A model generated the notes under the pieces. That model was not told the origin of the DNA, made no database searches, and saw nothing but the letters and a program-made list of their open reading frames with translations. A stretch of DNA of 32,000 nucleotides from Planctomycetales bacterium (GTDB lineage Bacteria > 4484-113 > JAFGCY01). Numbering within the stretch: the stretch's first letter is position 1; the number at the start of each line of letters is the position of its first letter. Positions 19,212 to 30,413 of the stretch are shown in pieces. The position numbers and the translations under genes were made by a program. The stretch is taken from contig CP060262.1 in assembly GCA_022646745.1 (NCBI GenBank), forward strand, positions 3,270,001 to 3,302,000. Direction: 5' to 3'.

Positions 19212-22200
19212 ATGCATTCTTACTCAACGAGGCAAATCCAGCTTGCAGTACTTCTGTTCTGTATTGCTTTAACATCAGCCTGCGGTGGTGGCAGCAATGG
19301 TTCCATAGACCAACCGGCTGCCGAGAAAGCTGCTAACTTCAAACCTGTTTCAGATGTACTGGCGGAGATCGAATCCACGCCCGTTCCAGAGGGAGTTGAT
19401 CCCGACCTCCACCGCCAGTTGAAGCAAGCTCTCGCTGAATACATCGAAGCAAATTATCCTGGCAGGATAGGCAGTGCGGCACCTACTGGAGTGGCCGGCA
19501 GGGTAACGGAAATTTCACTGGCTGATGGAACACTTCGCTGGACCTACCGGAATGCCGGTGATTACAACGGCGACGGGCAGGTGACAATCAATGACCTGAC
19601 CAACATCGGCCTGCATTACCAGAAGACCCCACTCTCAGAGGACTGGGCCAGGGCCCGCAGTGCAGATGGCAATGGCGACGGGGAAATCAACATCGGTGAC
19701 ATCACGCCGATGGGCCAGAACTACCTGTCGGATGTGGCTGGTTACAAGGTGCTCAATGGAGACTCTGAGACTTCATCACTTGTGGAACTGGCTGATGTGA
19801 AACTGGAAGAGGCAGTTGTGGACAGTGATCCACTGATCTTTGAAGTTGGTATCGACACCGCCGCACTAACCGGGATGCTGTTTGTAATGCCCTACGATTC
19901 CGCAGGCGGGACGGGTGAACTGAGCAAGGGTATCCCTGTCGGCGGTGGATCATCGATTGACAGCATACCTGGATCCAGCAGTGATCCGCTTGCCAACCAC
20001 ATCAGCACATATTCACCTCCGGCTCCCCCTGCCAGTGACTTTACCCAGGACACTGCACGCAGCGGACTGTTTATATCTCGCACCCGCTTCGTGGTCTGCA
20101 TGCAGCCAGATGTCAGCGTTGGCGAAACCAACCTGCTGCTCAGCCAGGTTGGCGGGCGGGTGATTGGCGCGATGACAGGCATCAACATGCTGGTGATTGA
20201 GGTGGACGACCCCGGCGACCTGAGCCGGGTGCACAACGCAATTGACACCTTCGATGCCAGCCCGCATGTGCTGCTTGCCGTCGAGGACTGCCTGATGTCA
20301 ACGCTAAACGTAAACAATCCCAGCAATGACAGTGACTCCAGCGTCTTTGGACTGGCGAACCAGGCCGTACCGAACCCCTGGCGCTGGGACTGGCCGCCAT
20401 CCGAAAACGGTGTCAGCGTGAATGGCAACTGGGGAATTGAAGCGGTGCGCGCGCCCTTCGCCTGGAATCTGTTTGATTATGGCCGGCGCCAGGGAGACCC
20501 GGCCCGCACCATCGTGCTGGACACCGGATTCAACAATGCCCACAACGATGATGAACTGGACAACCTTTCACTGAAGACAGTTGATGGCAATGACGTGATT
20601 GACGGCTTCACACTGGGAGCCCATGGCTCTCATGTGGCCGGGACGGTCGGAGCCCCGCATTACAACAATGCAGGGGTCGCCGGGATGAACCCGTTGTTCC
20701 AGTTCGTAGACGTTGATGACGAACTGTGGGTCGGCATGACCTGCCGCATCTCCAGTTTCAACGGCGGCACCTACCAGGGCCGGGAGACCTGCTTTGACAG
20801 CACGGTGTTTGACATCTTCTTCGCCTGGGATGAATGGAATGATGTGGCAGTGGTCAACACCAGCCTCGGGTACAACTGGGCCAACGCGGGGATAGACACC
20901 GCCGCCACTGAACGTGCGCGCGAGCTGGCACGGGACCAGGGCATGATCATGCGCTACATCGCATTCGTGGAAAATGCCAAGCTGCTGTGTACAGCGGCCG
21001 GCAATGACAGCACAGGCTCAAATGGCTGGCCCACCGAGCAGGATGCTGTCTGGGCCAGTCCGATGTGCTGGGCTGCGCTCGATCCGGAGATTGCCTGGCC
21101 TGACTATCTCGACCTGGGCCCCTCAGCCAACATCATCGTGGTTGAGTCCAGCCAGGCCATCGTGGCGGACAACACCCTCAGTGAGAACAGCTGGCAATAC
21201 ACCAAGAGTGACTTCAGCAATGTCGGGGGCCATGTGTCCGCCCCCGGAAGCGACATCCTCAGCGTGGTCGGCAATAACCTCAATGACCGCAACGGCAACC
21301 CCTACCAGGACTATGAGACCTTCAGCGGAACCTCAATGGCCACGCCACTCGTAACCGGTCTCGTCAGCTACATTGCGAGCCTCGCACCTGACCTGGATGC
21401 GGGCCAGATCCGCAGCCTGCTTACCGATGCCGGCAACACCCGTCCTGTGGCACTCGAACAGGGTGCCACCCTGCCGGCGGGCATTGATGCCCCAGCGCGC
21501 CAGGTGGATGCCTTCGCCGCAGTGACCTCGATCGATGATGAGCGGGGCAACCGCGAGATCCAGCGTGCACTGGTGGATGTTGACGATGGCACACGCGATG
21601 GCAACCTGCGCACCAGGGTATGCGACGATGCAGGGTACACCAACCCGATGGACCCGGACCCGGATGGCATCGAAACCGCTGACCAGCGGCGCGGGGACGG
21701 CGAAACCACCATGAAGGATTTCCGTGCCTTCAGGGATGCCTGGCTGTATGCGGCCTATGACCATTTCAGCGCAGAGGTTGACCTCGACGGCAACTTCGAG
21801 CAATTCAAGAAAGACTTCAACTTTGACGGTGCGGTGCAGTACATGAGCCGAAACGGACGCGCTGCAGCTCCACCCCACCCGCTTGATATTCCAACGGCAA
21901 CTGTATTGAATGATGTGATATTTGAGGACCGCTTCAGCCGCTACGACTTCAACGGTGACGGGCAGCTGGCAGACTGGTCGGCAACTGCGCCTTATCGCAT
22001 CGCCTGTACGACGGCAGCCGGCAGCAATCCGACTTCCGCAGTCAACCAGGTGCCCGGCATGGTACGCGACCTTGATGTGATGCTGTCCGCCGGAAACTGG
22101 CAATCACGGGACATTCTCTACGAGCAGAATGGTGATCCCGAATACTTCGAGAACATCTCCATCCTTCCTGCAGACGAGGGAATGATCACCAGCCAACACT

Positions 22201-23642
22201 GGTCACCGAAACGCTACCTGCTGGAAAACCGGGATGCATCAGCAGCCGTGGACCAGCTATACAAGGACACCCCCGATTACCTGCAGTCCTGTGACATCCA
22301 TTTCAACCTGGACTGGAGCTACCTGCTGCTTGGTGGCAGCAACAGTGTGGAGATCACCGTCACAAGCGAAATCGACGGCGTGGTGGACCCATTTGTCCGC
22401 ACCGCCACCTTCAAACCCAGCGATCCCTGGAAATTCGTTCTGACCGTACCGATCTGGAGCAACACCATCAACATCGACTGGAACAGCAACGGAGGCTTCA
22501 GCAGCAACACTGACCTCAACGTGAAGCTTGGCAGTGATGTGCCCTATCGCATCAACAGCTTCTATCAGGTGCCCGGCATCACCAAGCAGTGGACTACCGC
22601 CACGCCACGCCTCGAGCCGGTACTGTGGTACCGGTATCTCGGGGCCGGAGAAGGCTACCGCCTGCACACGATCTTTGCCGAGGACAAGGGCAATGACAAC
22701 TTCGACATCAACTACAGCATGATGCAGTCCACCGATGGCCTCTGGTCAGATCCAAAGGTGGTGGCAAATGCGGACGGGCTGGTGATGATGGCCGGTGCTG
22801 ACCTGTATGGCTTCCCGGCCATTGTCTTCAGCAACTCAGATGGGCAACTGCTCTTCAAGACAACAGTTGACGGGAATGACTGGGACAGCCATGACCGCAC
22901 GATAGATACCGGGGCTGACTTCGACTTCGCCCAGCTTGGCTTCCTGCAGCATGGTGGCGAACAGAATTTCATCGTCTGGAGCAAGGGCAATGGAGTGGAT
23001 GGCAACAGCGTCTATTTCTCGCGCAGCAACGACTTCACAGCCTACACCTGGGCGGCACCACAGGAAATCGGCAAGGGACATGCCCCCGCGCTTGCAAGCA
23101 TTGACAATGCTGACGGCCTGTTCCTCGTGATGTTCGACCCGCTGGCCGGTGCGATCGGTTCTGCCGTCAAGCTGTTCCAGTGGAACACCGGCATGACCAG
23201 TTTCGGCACACCCGACCCACTTCCGCTGGATGGGATCCTGTGGAATGCGGGAGAGCAGATATCCGGTGATATCGGCAGCTTCAACGGCAATGCAGGCCTC
23301 GTGGTGCGTTTTGGCAATGAAATGTACTGGTTTGATGGCATTGACGGTGAGTCCATCGATCATCATTTCGTCGGCAATTACAACGGACAACTGGACAGCT
23401 GGATCCGACCACAGGTGTTCAACGTAACAGGCAAACCGGCCGTGTTCATCATGGGCCTTGTGTACCAGTCGCAGGACACATCAGGGATAGGCTGGGAGAA
23501 TGCCGTCGTGCTCGATACTCGTGGCACTGAGCCCAGCCGCAACCTGATGCGCATTCGAGGGCATGAAACGGGTCTGCTGTCATGCGAGTTCTTCGATGAA
23601 GGTCTCGACAGACTGGTGGTGCAGACAGATTTCCTGCACTGA
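19212..23642 (+). CDS. Large S8 (subtilisin-like) serine peptidase lipoprotein with an N-terminal dockerin-like module, an I9-like propeptide and a long C-terminal region with BNR-like repeats
   Basis: GGGAG lies upstream of the ATG. Signal peptide with Cys24 (LTSA-C-GGGSNGSIDQP). Duplicated Ca-binding segments: DYNGDGQVTINDLTNIG and DGNGDGEINIGDITPMG. Catalytic triad contexts: VLDTGF (Asp437, 20520), GAHGSHVAGT (His471, 20622), FSGTSMATP (Ser708, 21333), plus TAAGNDS. Further DxDxDG-like segments: DPDPDG, NFDGAV, DFNGDGQLADW. The C-terminal roughly 450 aa carries S/TxDGxxW-like repeats (STDGLWSDP, TVDGNDWDS). Confidence 0.85.
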   Translation: MHSYSTRQIQLAVLLFCIALTSACGGGSNGSIDQPAAEKAANFKPVSDVLAEIESTPVPEGVDPDLHRQLKQALAEYIEANYPGRIGSAAPTGVAGRVTEISLADGTLRWTYRNAGDYNGDGQVTINDLTNIGLHYQKTPLSEDWARARSADGNGDGEINIGDITPMGQNYLSDVAGYKVLNGDSETSSLVELADVKLEEAVVDSDPLIFEVGIDTAALTGMLFVMPYDSAGGTGELSKGIPVGGGSSIDSIPGSSSDPLANHISTYSPPAPPASDFTQDTARSGLFISRTRFVVCMQPDVSVGETNLLLSQVGGRVIGAMTGINMLVIEVDDPGDLSRVHNAIDTFDASPHVLLAVEDCLMSTLNVNNPSNDSDSSVFGLANQAVPNPWRWDWPPSENGVSVNGNWGIEAVRAPFAWNLFDYGRRQGDPARTIVLDTGFNNAHNDDELDNLSLKTVDGNDVIDGFTLGAHGSHVAGTVGAPHYNNAGVAGMNPLFQFVDVDDELWVGMTCRISSFNGGTYQGRETCFDSTVFDIFFAWDEWNDVAVVNTSLGYNWANAGIDTAATERARELARDQGMIMRYIAFVENAKLLCTAAGNDSTGSNGWPTEQDAVWASPMCWAALDPEIAWPDYLDLGPSANIIVVESSQAIVADNTLSENSWQYTKSDFSNVGGHVSAPGSDILSVVGNNLNDRNGNPYQDYETFSGTSMATPLVTGLVSYIASLAPDLDAGQIRSLLTDAGNTRPVALEQGATLPAGIDAPARQVDAFAAVTSIDDERGNREIQRALVDVDDGTRDGNLRTRVCDDAGYTNPMDPDPDGIETADQRRGDGETTMKDFRAFRDAWLYAAYDHFSAEVDLDGNFEQFKKDFNFDGAVQYMSRNGRAAAPPHPLDIPTATVLNDVIFEDRFSRYDFNGDGQLADWSATAPYRIACTTAAGSNPTSAVNQVPGMVRDLDVMLSAGNWQSRDILYEQNGDPEYFENISILPADEGMITSQHWSPKRYLLENRDASAAVDQLYKDTPDYLQSCDIHFNLDWSYLLLGGSNSVEITVTSEIDGVVDPFVRTATFKPSDPWKFVLTVPIWSNTINIDWNSNGGFSSNTDLNVKLGSDVPYRINSFYQVPGITKQWTTATPRLEPVLWYRYLGAGEGYRLHTIFAEDKGNDNFDINYSMMQSTDGLWSDPKVVANADGLVMMAGADLYGFPAIVFSNSDGQLLFKTTVDGNDWDSHDRTIDTGADFDFAQLGFLQHGGEQNFIVWSKGNGVDGNSVYFSRSNDFTAYTWAAPQEIGKGHAPALASIDNADGLFLVMFDPLAGAIGSAVKLFQWNTGMTSFGTPDPLPLDGILWNAGEQISGDIGSFNGNAGLVVRFGNEMYWFDGIDGESIDHHFVGNYNGQLDSWIRPQVFNVTGKPAVFIMGLVYQSQDTSGIGWENAVVLDTRGTEPSRNLMRIRGHETGLLSCEFFDEGLDRLVVQTDFLH

Positions 23643-23651
23643 GGAACGCGG

Positions 23652-24749
<1,098 letters not shown>

Positions 24750-24756
24750 TTATGCC

Positions 24757-25458
24757 ATGGAACTCAGGGATTCAGTCGTAATCGTAACTGGTGCCTCTTC
24801 AGGTATCGGAGAATACACCGCCCGTAGACTGGCGGACGAGGGCGCAAAGCTCGTGCTGGCCGCCCGTAACGCTGACAAGCTCGAGAAGCTGGCAGCTGAG
24901 CTTCCCGAGTCTGTGGCAATTGCCACCGACATGATGGACAGCTCAGCGATCGAGCGAATGGTGGCACAGACGATTGATGAATTCGGCCGTGTGGACGTGC
25001 TGATGAACAATGCCGGCCAGGGCATGCGCTGCCCGGTGGCCGACATCAAGCTGGAGGACATCCGCTACCTGCTGGAATTGAACGTCGTGGCACAGGTGGC
25101 CGCCATGCAGCAGGTGATCCCGCACATGCGCAGGCAAGGCGGCGGGATGATCCTCAACATCAGCAGCATGCTGTCAACGATGAACATGCCGAAGCTGGCA
25201 GGTTATGCCTGCACCAAGCATGCGCTGAACAACATTTCGCGGAGTGCCCGCCAGGAGCTTGCTGCTGACAACATCCGCGTCTGCCTGTTCCTGCCACGCA
25301 TCACAGGTACGGACTTCGGGATGAACACCCGTGGATCGGACCAGTACGACTCCCGCAAGGGAGCACCGGGCATGTCAGTTGATCCCGTTGAGGATGTGGC
25401 GGATGCGATCGTGGCCCAGATCAGGAGCGAGGAAGAGGAAGTCCGCCGCAGCTACTGA
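24757..25458 (+). CDS. Short-chain dehydrogenase/reductase (SDR) family oxidoreductase
   Basis: The ATG at 24757 gives MELRDSVVIVTGASSGIGE (TGxxxGIG). NNAG motif, and catalytic YACTK (YxxxK) preceded by ISS. The track start at 24724 is a TTG extension. Confidence 0.9.
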   Translation: MELRDSVVIVTGASSGIGEYTARRLADEGAKLVLAARNADKLEKLAAELPESVAIATDMMDSSAIERMVAQTIDEFGRVDVLMNNAGQGMRCPVADIKLEDIRYLLELNVVAQVAAMQQVIPHMRRQGGGMILNISSMLSTMNMPKLAGYACTKHALNNISRSARQELAADNIRVCLFLPRITGTDFGMNTRGSDQYDSRKGAPGMSVDPVEDVADAIVAQIRSEEEEVRRSY

Positions 25459-25493
25459 TCCCGTGCAGCAGGAAACTGAACAAGAAAACGAGA

Positions 25494-25519
25494 CGCCCGG
25501 GCCATCCATGACCCGGGCG
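25494..25519 (-). terminator. Intrinsic terminator between convergent katG and the SDR gene
   Basis: Perfect 8-bp stem CGCCCGGG-10 nt-CCCGGGCG. On the minus strand it is followed by TCTCGTTTTCTTGTT, downstream of the katG stop. Confidence 0.7.
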
Positions 25520-25542
25520 CCCTACTTCCAAGGGAAGTCTAA

Positions 25543-27780
<2,238 letters not shown>

Positions 27781-28242
27781 CTAGTTATCCTGCTGCTTCT
27801 GCAAGCAGTCTTTGCAGATGCCATGCACTTCCACCTGCGTGGCATTGATGCTGCCAAATTCCGAAACCGCTTCAGGGATGCGCAGCTCGTTCAGCTCACT
27901 GCTCTTGAAGTCACGCGCCAGTCCGCAACGCAGGCAGACGTAGTGATGATGTGGTTCGGGATTGGCATCGAAGCGGATGCTCTCTCGCTTGGGACCGAGT
28001 GTGGAAACCATGCCAAGGTCGGTCAGCAGCCAGAGCGTGCGGTAGACCGTGTCATGCGACAGGGTCGGCATGCGCGGGCTGAGCGCCTTGTGGACGGCCT
28101 CTGCACTGGGGTGGTCAACACTGGATGCGACTTCGCGGAAGATTTCGATGCGCTGGTGTGTGAGTTTGATCCCGGCGGCCTTTGCAGCCTGCTTGAACAA
28201 CTCTATCCTGCGATCCACTTCCTGACTCTCTACTTTAAACAT
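27781..28242 (-). CDS. Fur-family transcriptional regulator, PerR-like by context
   Basis: 153 aa. A winged-helix region (LTHQRIEIFREVASSVDHPSAEAVHKAL), then an HHHYVCLRCG...CKDC metal-site pattern with two CxxC pairs. It lies 48 nt upstream of katG on the same strand. Confidence 0.85.
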   Translation of the reverse strand: MFKVESQEVDRRIELFKQAAKAAGIKLTHQRIEIFREVASSVDHPSAEAVHKALSPRMPTLSHDTVYRTLWLLTDLGMVSTLGPKRESIRFDANPEPHHHYVCLRCGLARDFKSSELNELRIPEAVSEFGSINATQVEVHGICKDCLQKQQDN

Positions 28243-28268
28243 GGTTCCTACTTGCGGTTTGTACGTGG

Positions 28269-28285
28269 ATAGGAATGTATCCTAT
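28269..28285. promoter_or_regulatory. 17-bp palindrome ATAGGA-ATGTA-TCCTAT, candidate operator in the divergent Fur-family/DUF2200 intergenic region
   Basis: Perfect 6-5-6 inverted repeat, 27-43 nt upstream of the Fur-family start codon (28242). It is flanked by AT-rich sequence (TTTAGGATTTAATGTC). Confidence 0.35.
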
Positions 28286-28375
28286 TTAGGATTTAATGTC
28301 AAGTGAGATTCCGGCTATGCAACCGAGGCTTATATAATCGTCCGGTCGTAATCTGCCGGATCCACAGGTACCAGT

Positions 28376-28726
28376 ATGAAGCTTGATCGTGTGTATGCAA
28401 TGAAATTTGGCGGCGTCTATCCGCATTATGTGGCGAAAGCTGAGAAGAAGGGGCGCAGTAAGGCCGAACTGGATGAAGTACTGAGCTGGCTGACTGGCTA
28501 CAGCCAGAAGCAGCTCGATAAGATTATTGAGGACGGGACCGACCTGGAGACATTCTTCGCCAAGGCTCCCAAGCTGAACCCGAATCGCGAATTGATCACC
28601 GGCGTGGTCTGCGGTGTGCGTGTGGAAGAGATCGAGGAACCGACATACAAGCTGATCCGCTACATGGATAAGCTGGTGGACGAACTGGCCAAGGGCAAGG
28701 CTATGGAGAAGATCCTGCGGCAGTAA
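28376..28726 (+). CDS. DUF2200-family protein
   Basis: 116 aa. [56 protein letters not shown] and [18 protein letters not shown] match my memory of the conserved DUF2200 sequence almost along the full length. Confidence 0.8.
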   Translation: MKLDRVYAMKFGGVYPHYVAKAEKKGRSKAELDEVLSWLTGYSQKQLDKIIEDGTDLETFFAKAPKLNPNRELITGVVCGVRVEEIEEPTYKLIRYMDKLVDELAKGKAMEKILRQ

Positions 28727-29190
28727 GGTGGTTCTGGCTACAGGTATTGCTGGGCAAGTGAAAAGAAGCAACGCGCGGTTAGGCTTGGTGAACTCTGCCG
28801 GGATTGGCAGCCCCTCCTGGCTGACCTTCGAACCTACTTTGAGTCTGCTCAGTCCTCTGGAAAGAGGTCGTCTACCCCTTCCGACGAACGTGTAAATGCC
28901 CCTTCTTACGACCCTTATTCCGGTAGGAAGGGGTAAGCCATTACGATAACCCGCTTCCTGACTGTGCAAACAGGCTGTATCCATACACTCGATACGAGTG
29001 CTATTCCTCCTGCCATGGCGCCCTCACTTCTGAAAGTGATATGAGGGGCACCATGGACGGCTCGCGGGAGGATGATTTCCCGCAAACCTCAGTCGGGTCG
29101 GCGGAGTTGAATTGGATGGCAGGAAGGCCATCCACTCCTCCGACTGTACGCGGGAGGGACTGAATTTGTTTTTGAATTTTTTTGTTTTAT
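28727..29190 (+). ncRNA. Unclassified hairpin-dense, ORF-poor region; candidate structured RNA or structured 3' UTR
   Basis: No plus-strand ORF of 60 aa or more. Hand-found helices: 28808-28823 (CAGCC/GGCTG); 28854-28867 (CCTCT-GGAA-AGAGG); 28873-28882 with 28926-28935 (10 bp); 29013-29056 (nested CCATGG..TCACTT-CTGA-AAGTGA..CCATGG); 29064-29083 (GCGGGA/TCCCGC); 29097-29144 (10-bp outer stem around TGGATGGC-AGGAAG-GCCATCCA). It ends in a T-rich tract at 29165-29190. The strand was chosen from the GGAA loop and the T-tract. The class is unknown. Confidence 0.3.
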
Positions 29191-29262
29191 GGGTTTGAAG
29201 GAACAGAATGCCGGAAGCTTGTGCTTCCGGGAATGATGCATTCTTGTCATTGCCCTGTAACA

Positions 29263-29290
29263 TTGGACTCTAGCCGATAATCCTTATATT
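29263..29290 (+). promoter_or_regulatory. Sigma70-like promoter candidate for the 29334 gene
   Basis: TTGGAC (29263-29268), 16-nt spacer, TATATT (29285-29290). It is followed by the palindrome TCTTCATT-A-AATGAAGA (29294-29310) and the SD GAGGTG before the ATG at 29334. Confidence 0.35.
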
Positions 29291-29333
29291 AAGTCTTCAT
29301 TAAATGAAGAGAATCTACTTCTAGAGGTGACGT

Positions 29334-29888
29334 ATGCGCCGAAGCAAACTGAGCGCTGTCATCCGGTTAGCAGTGATTGCCGGAATGATGGCGCTATCAA
29401 TGTCCTGCTCTTCCCAGCAGGATCTCAGCGAGTCACTGGATTCAACCGTCAACCCTCAGCTGGATACCTCAGTTGAGACCATGCCTCCGATCAGCATCGA
29501 AGTACTTTCACCTGAATTCACAGAGATTCAGGGGGACAGCAAGAGCGTCTCTCACACTTACGTCTTTTACCGCGACTTCAACCAGACATTCGAGGTTTGG
29601 CGTGATGACCCGACCTACATCTATTACGGGCCAGGGATAGTTGGCAACAAGAGGTTGTCTTTCACAGAGCCTCTCTCCAATCCAACTCCTTTGGAAATGG
29701 ATTGCTACTGGAAGACCAACAGCACAGGCTGGAACTACTGGACCACCGTGCGGATTCCTATTGGCTACTGGAGATCAATGAAACTCTATTGTGGCCAGAA
29801 GGATGTGATGTTCCAATTCAGGCTTAGGAACACGTCTAACATCAAGAGTTACCCTGGACACGCCACACTGCGCACTTCCAACTGGTGA
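29334..29888 (+). CDS. Hypothetical small lipoprotein or exported protein, Trp/Tyr-rich
   Basis: 184 aa. GAGGTG SD. Signal peptide MRRSKLSAVIRLAVIAGMMALSMS-C. The mature part is rich in W/Y (YWKTNSTGWNYWTTVRIPIGYW). No family recognised. Confidence 0.6.
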   Translation: MRRSKLSAVIRLAVIAGMMALSMSCSSQQDLSESLDSTVNPQLDTSVETMPPISIEVLSPEFTEIQGDSKSVSHTYVFYRDFNQTFEVWRDDPTYIYYGPGIVGNKRLSFTEPLSNPTPLEMDCYWKTNSTGWNYWTTVRIPIGYWRSMKLYCGQKDVMFQFRLRNTSNIKSYPGHATLRTSNW

Positions 29889-29897
29889 TTTCATCAC

Positions 29898-29932
29898 AAC
29901 CTGGCTCCCGGTCTTGCACTGGGAGCCAGGTT
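29898..29932 (+). terminator. Perfect 12-bp hairpin after the 29334 gene
   Basis: AACCTGGCTCCC-11 nt-GGGAGCCAGGTT, 10 nt after the stop codon. No U-run follows (GGCTCAATAATGG). Confidence 0.45.
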
Positions 29933-29969
29933 GGCTCAATAATGGTCTTAATAGCAGTTATGTACGAAC

Positions 29970-30266
29970 ATGAGACCGTTATTCAAGACCCTTCTCCTTA
30001 GTGTTCCGATTACCCTTATTGTCATTTTCATCGTAAACAATGGCAGTCCTATCTGGCCAGTAGACGAGCTACTTCTTTCGATCTACTATCCTGCTTACTC
30101 AGCAGTAAACTACGTGTTCTTCGATGTGTTGCCAAATGCCAACCCGTACTTTGGAACTTTACTTTTCTTCTTGGCTATCTTCCTATGGACTATTCTGCTG
30201 ACGATTATTTTTCAGCAGCTCTTACGACTCGCTAAGCTGGTCGTCATCGAGAAGAAAAAACTGTAA
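29970..30266 (+). CDS. Hypothetical small membrane protein (about 3 TM)
   Basis: 98 aa. Hydrophobic segments LLLSVPITLIVIFIV, IYYPAYSAVNYVFFDVL, LLFFLAIFLWTILLTIIF, and a basic C-terminus EKKKL. AT-rich codon usage and no clear SD. Confidence 0.5.
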   Translation: MRPLFKTLLLSVPITLIVIFIVNNGSPIWPVDELLLSIYYPAYSAVNYVFFDVLPNANPYFGTLLFFLAIFLWTILLTIIFQQLLRLAKLVVIEKKKL

Positions 30267-30413
30267 CCACGGCGGGTCTCCTTGTCTTAGACTCCGCTGC
30301 CGTCCCCTCGAACGCCTCATTGGTGATACCCACTATCTTTATCCTTTACTGCCGGATACAATTCCTGTAATTTGTTGGTGAATCGGTATTATCTACAAAA
30401 GGAGGCTAAACCG

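Noticed and set aside
28286-28984. 232-aa minus-strand ORF spanning the DUF2200 gene and part of the structured region
   Set aside because: It is antisense to a DUF2200 ORF that matches the family along its whole length. The remaining part is Arg/Gly/Pro-rich with no motif, and it would cross several strong hairpins.
28727-29190. Possibility that the structured region is tmRNA, RNase P RNA, SRP RNA, 6S RNA or a known riboswitch
   Set aside because: I looked on both strands for GGGG...TTCGAC and a T-arm plus CCACCA end (tmRNA); GGAAAGTCC and ACAGAAnnCGGCTTA (RNase P); the GGAA-capped SRP domain IV motif; and the B12-box and TPP CTGAGA/ACCTGATCTGG motifs. None is present. ACAGAATGCCGGAAGCTT at 29203 is only a superficial resemblance. 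It remains unclassified rather than assigned.
29024-29263. 79-aa minus-strand ORF, and a 40-aa plus-strand ORF (29041-29163), in the hairpin-dense region
   Set aside because: There is no SD, the composition is odd, and both ORFs are built from the arms of long inverted repeats, which generate spurious open frames.
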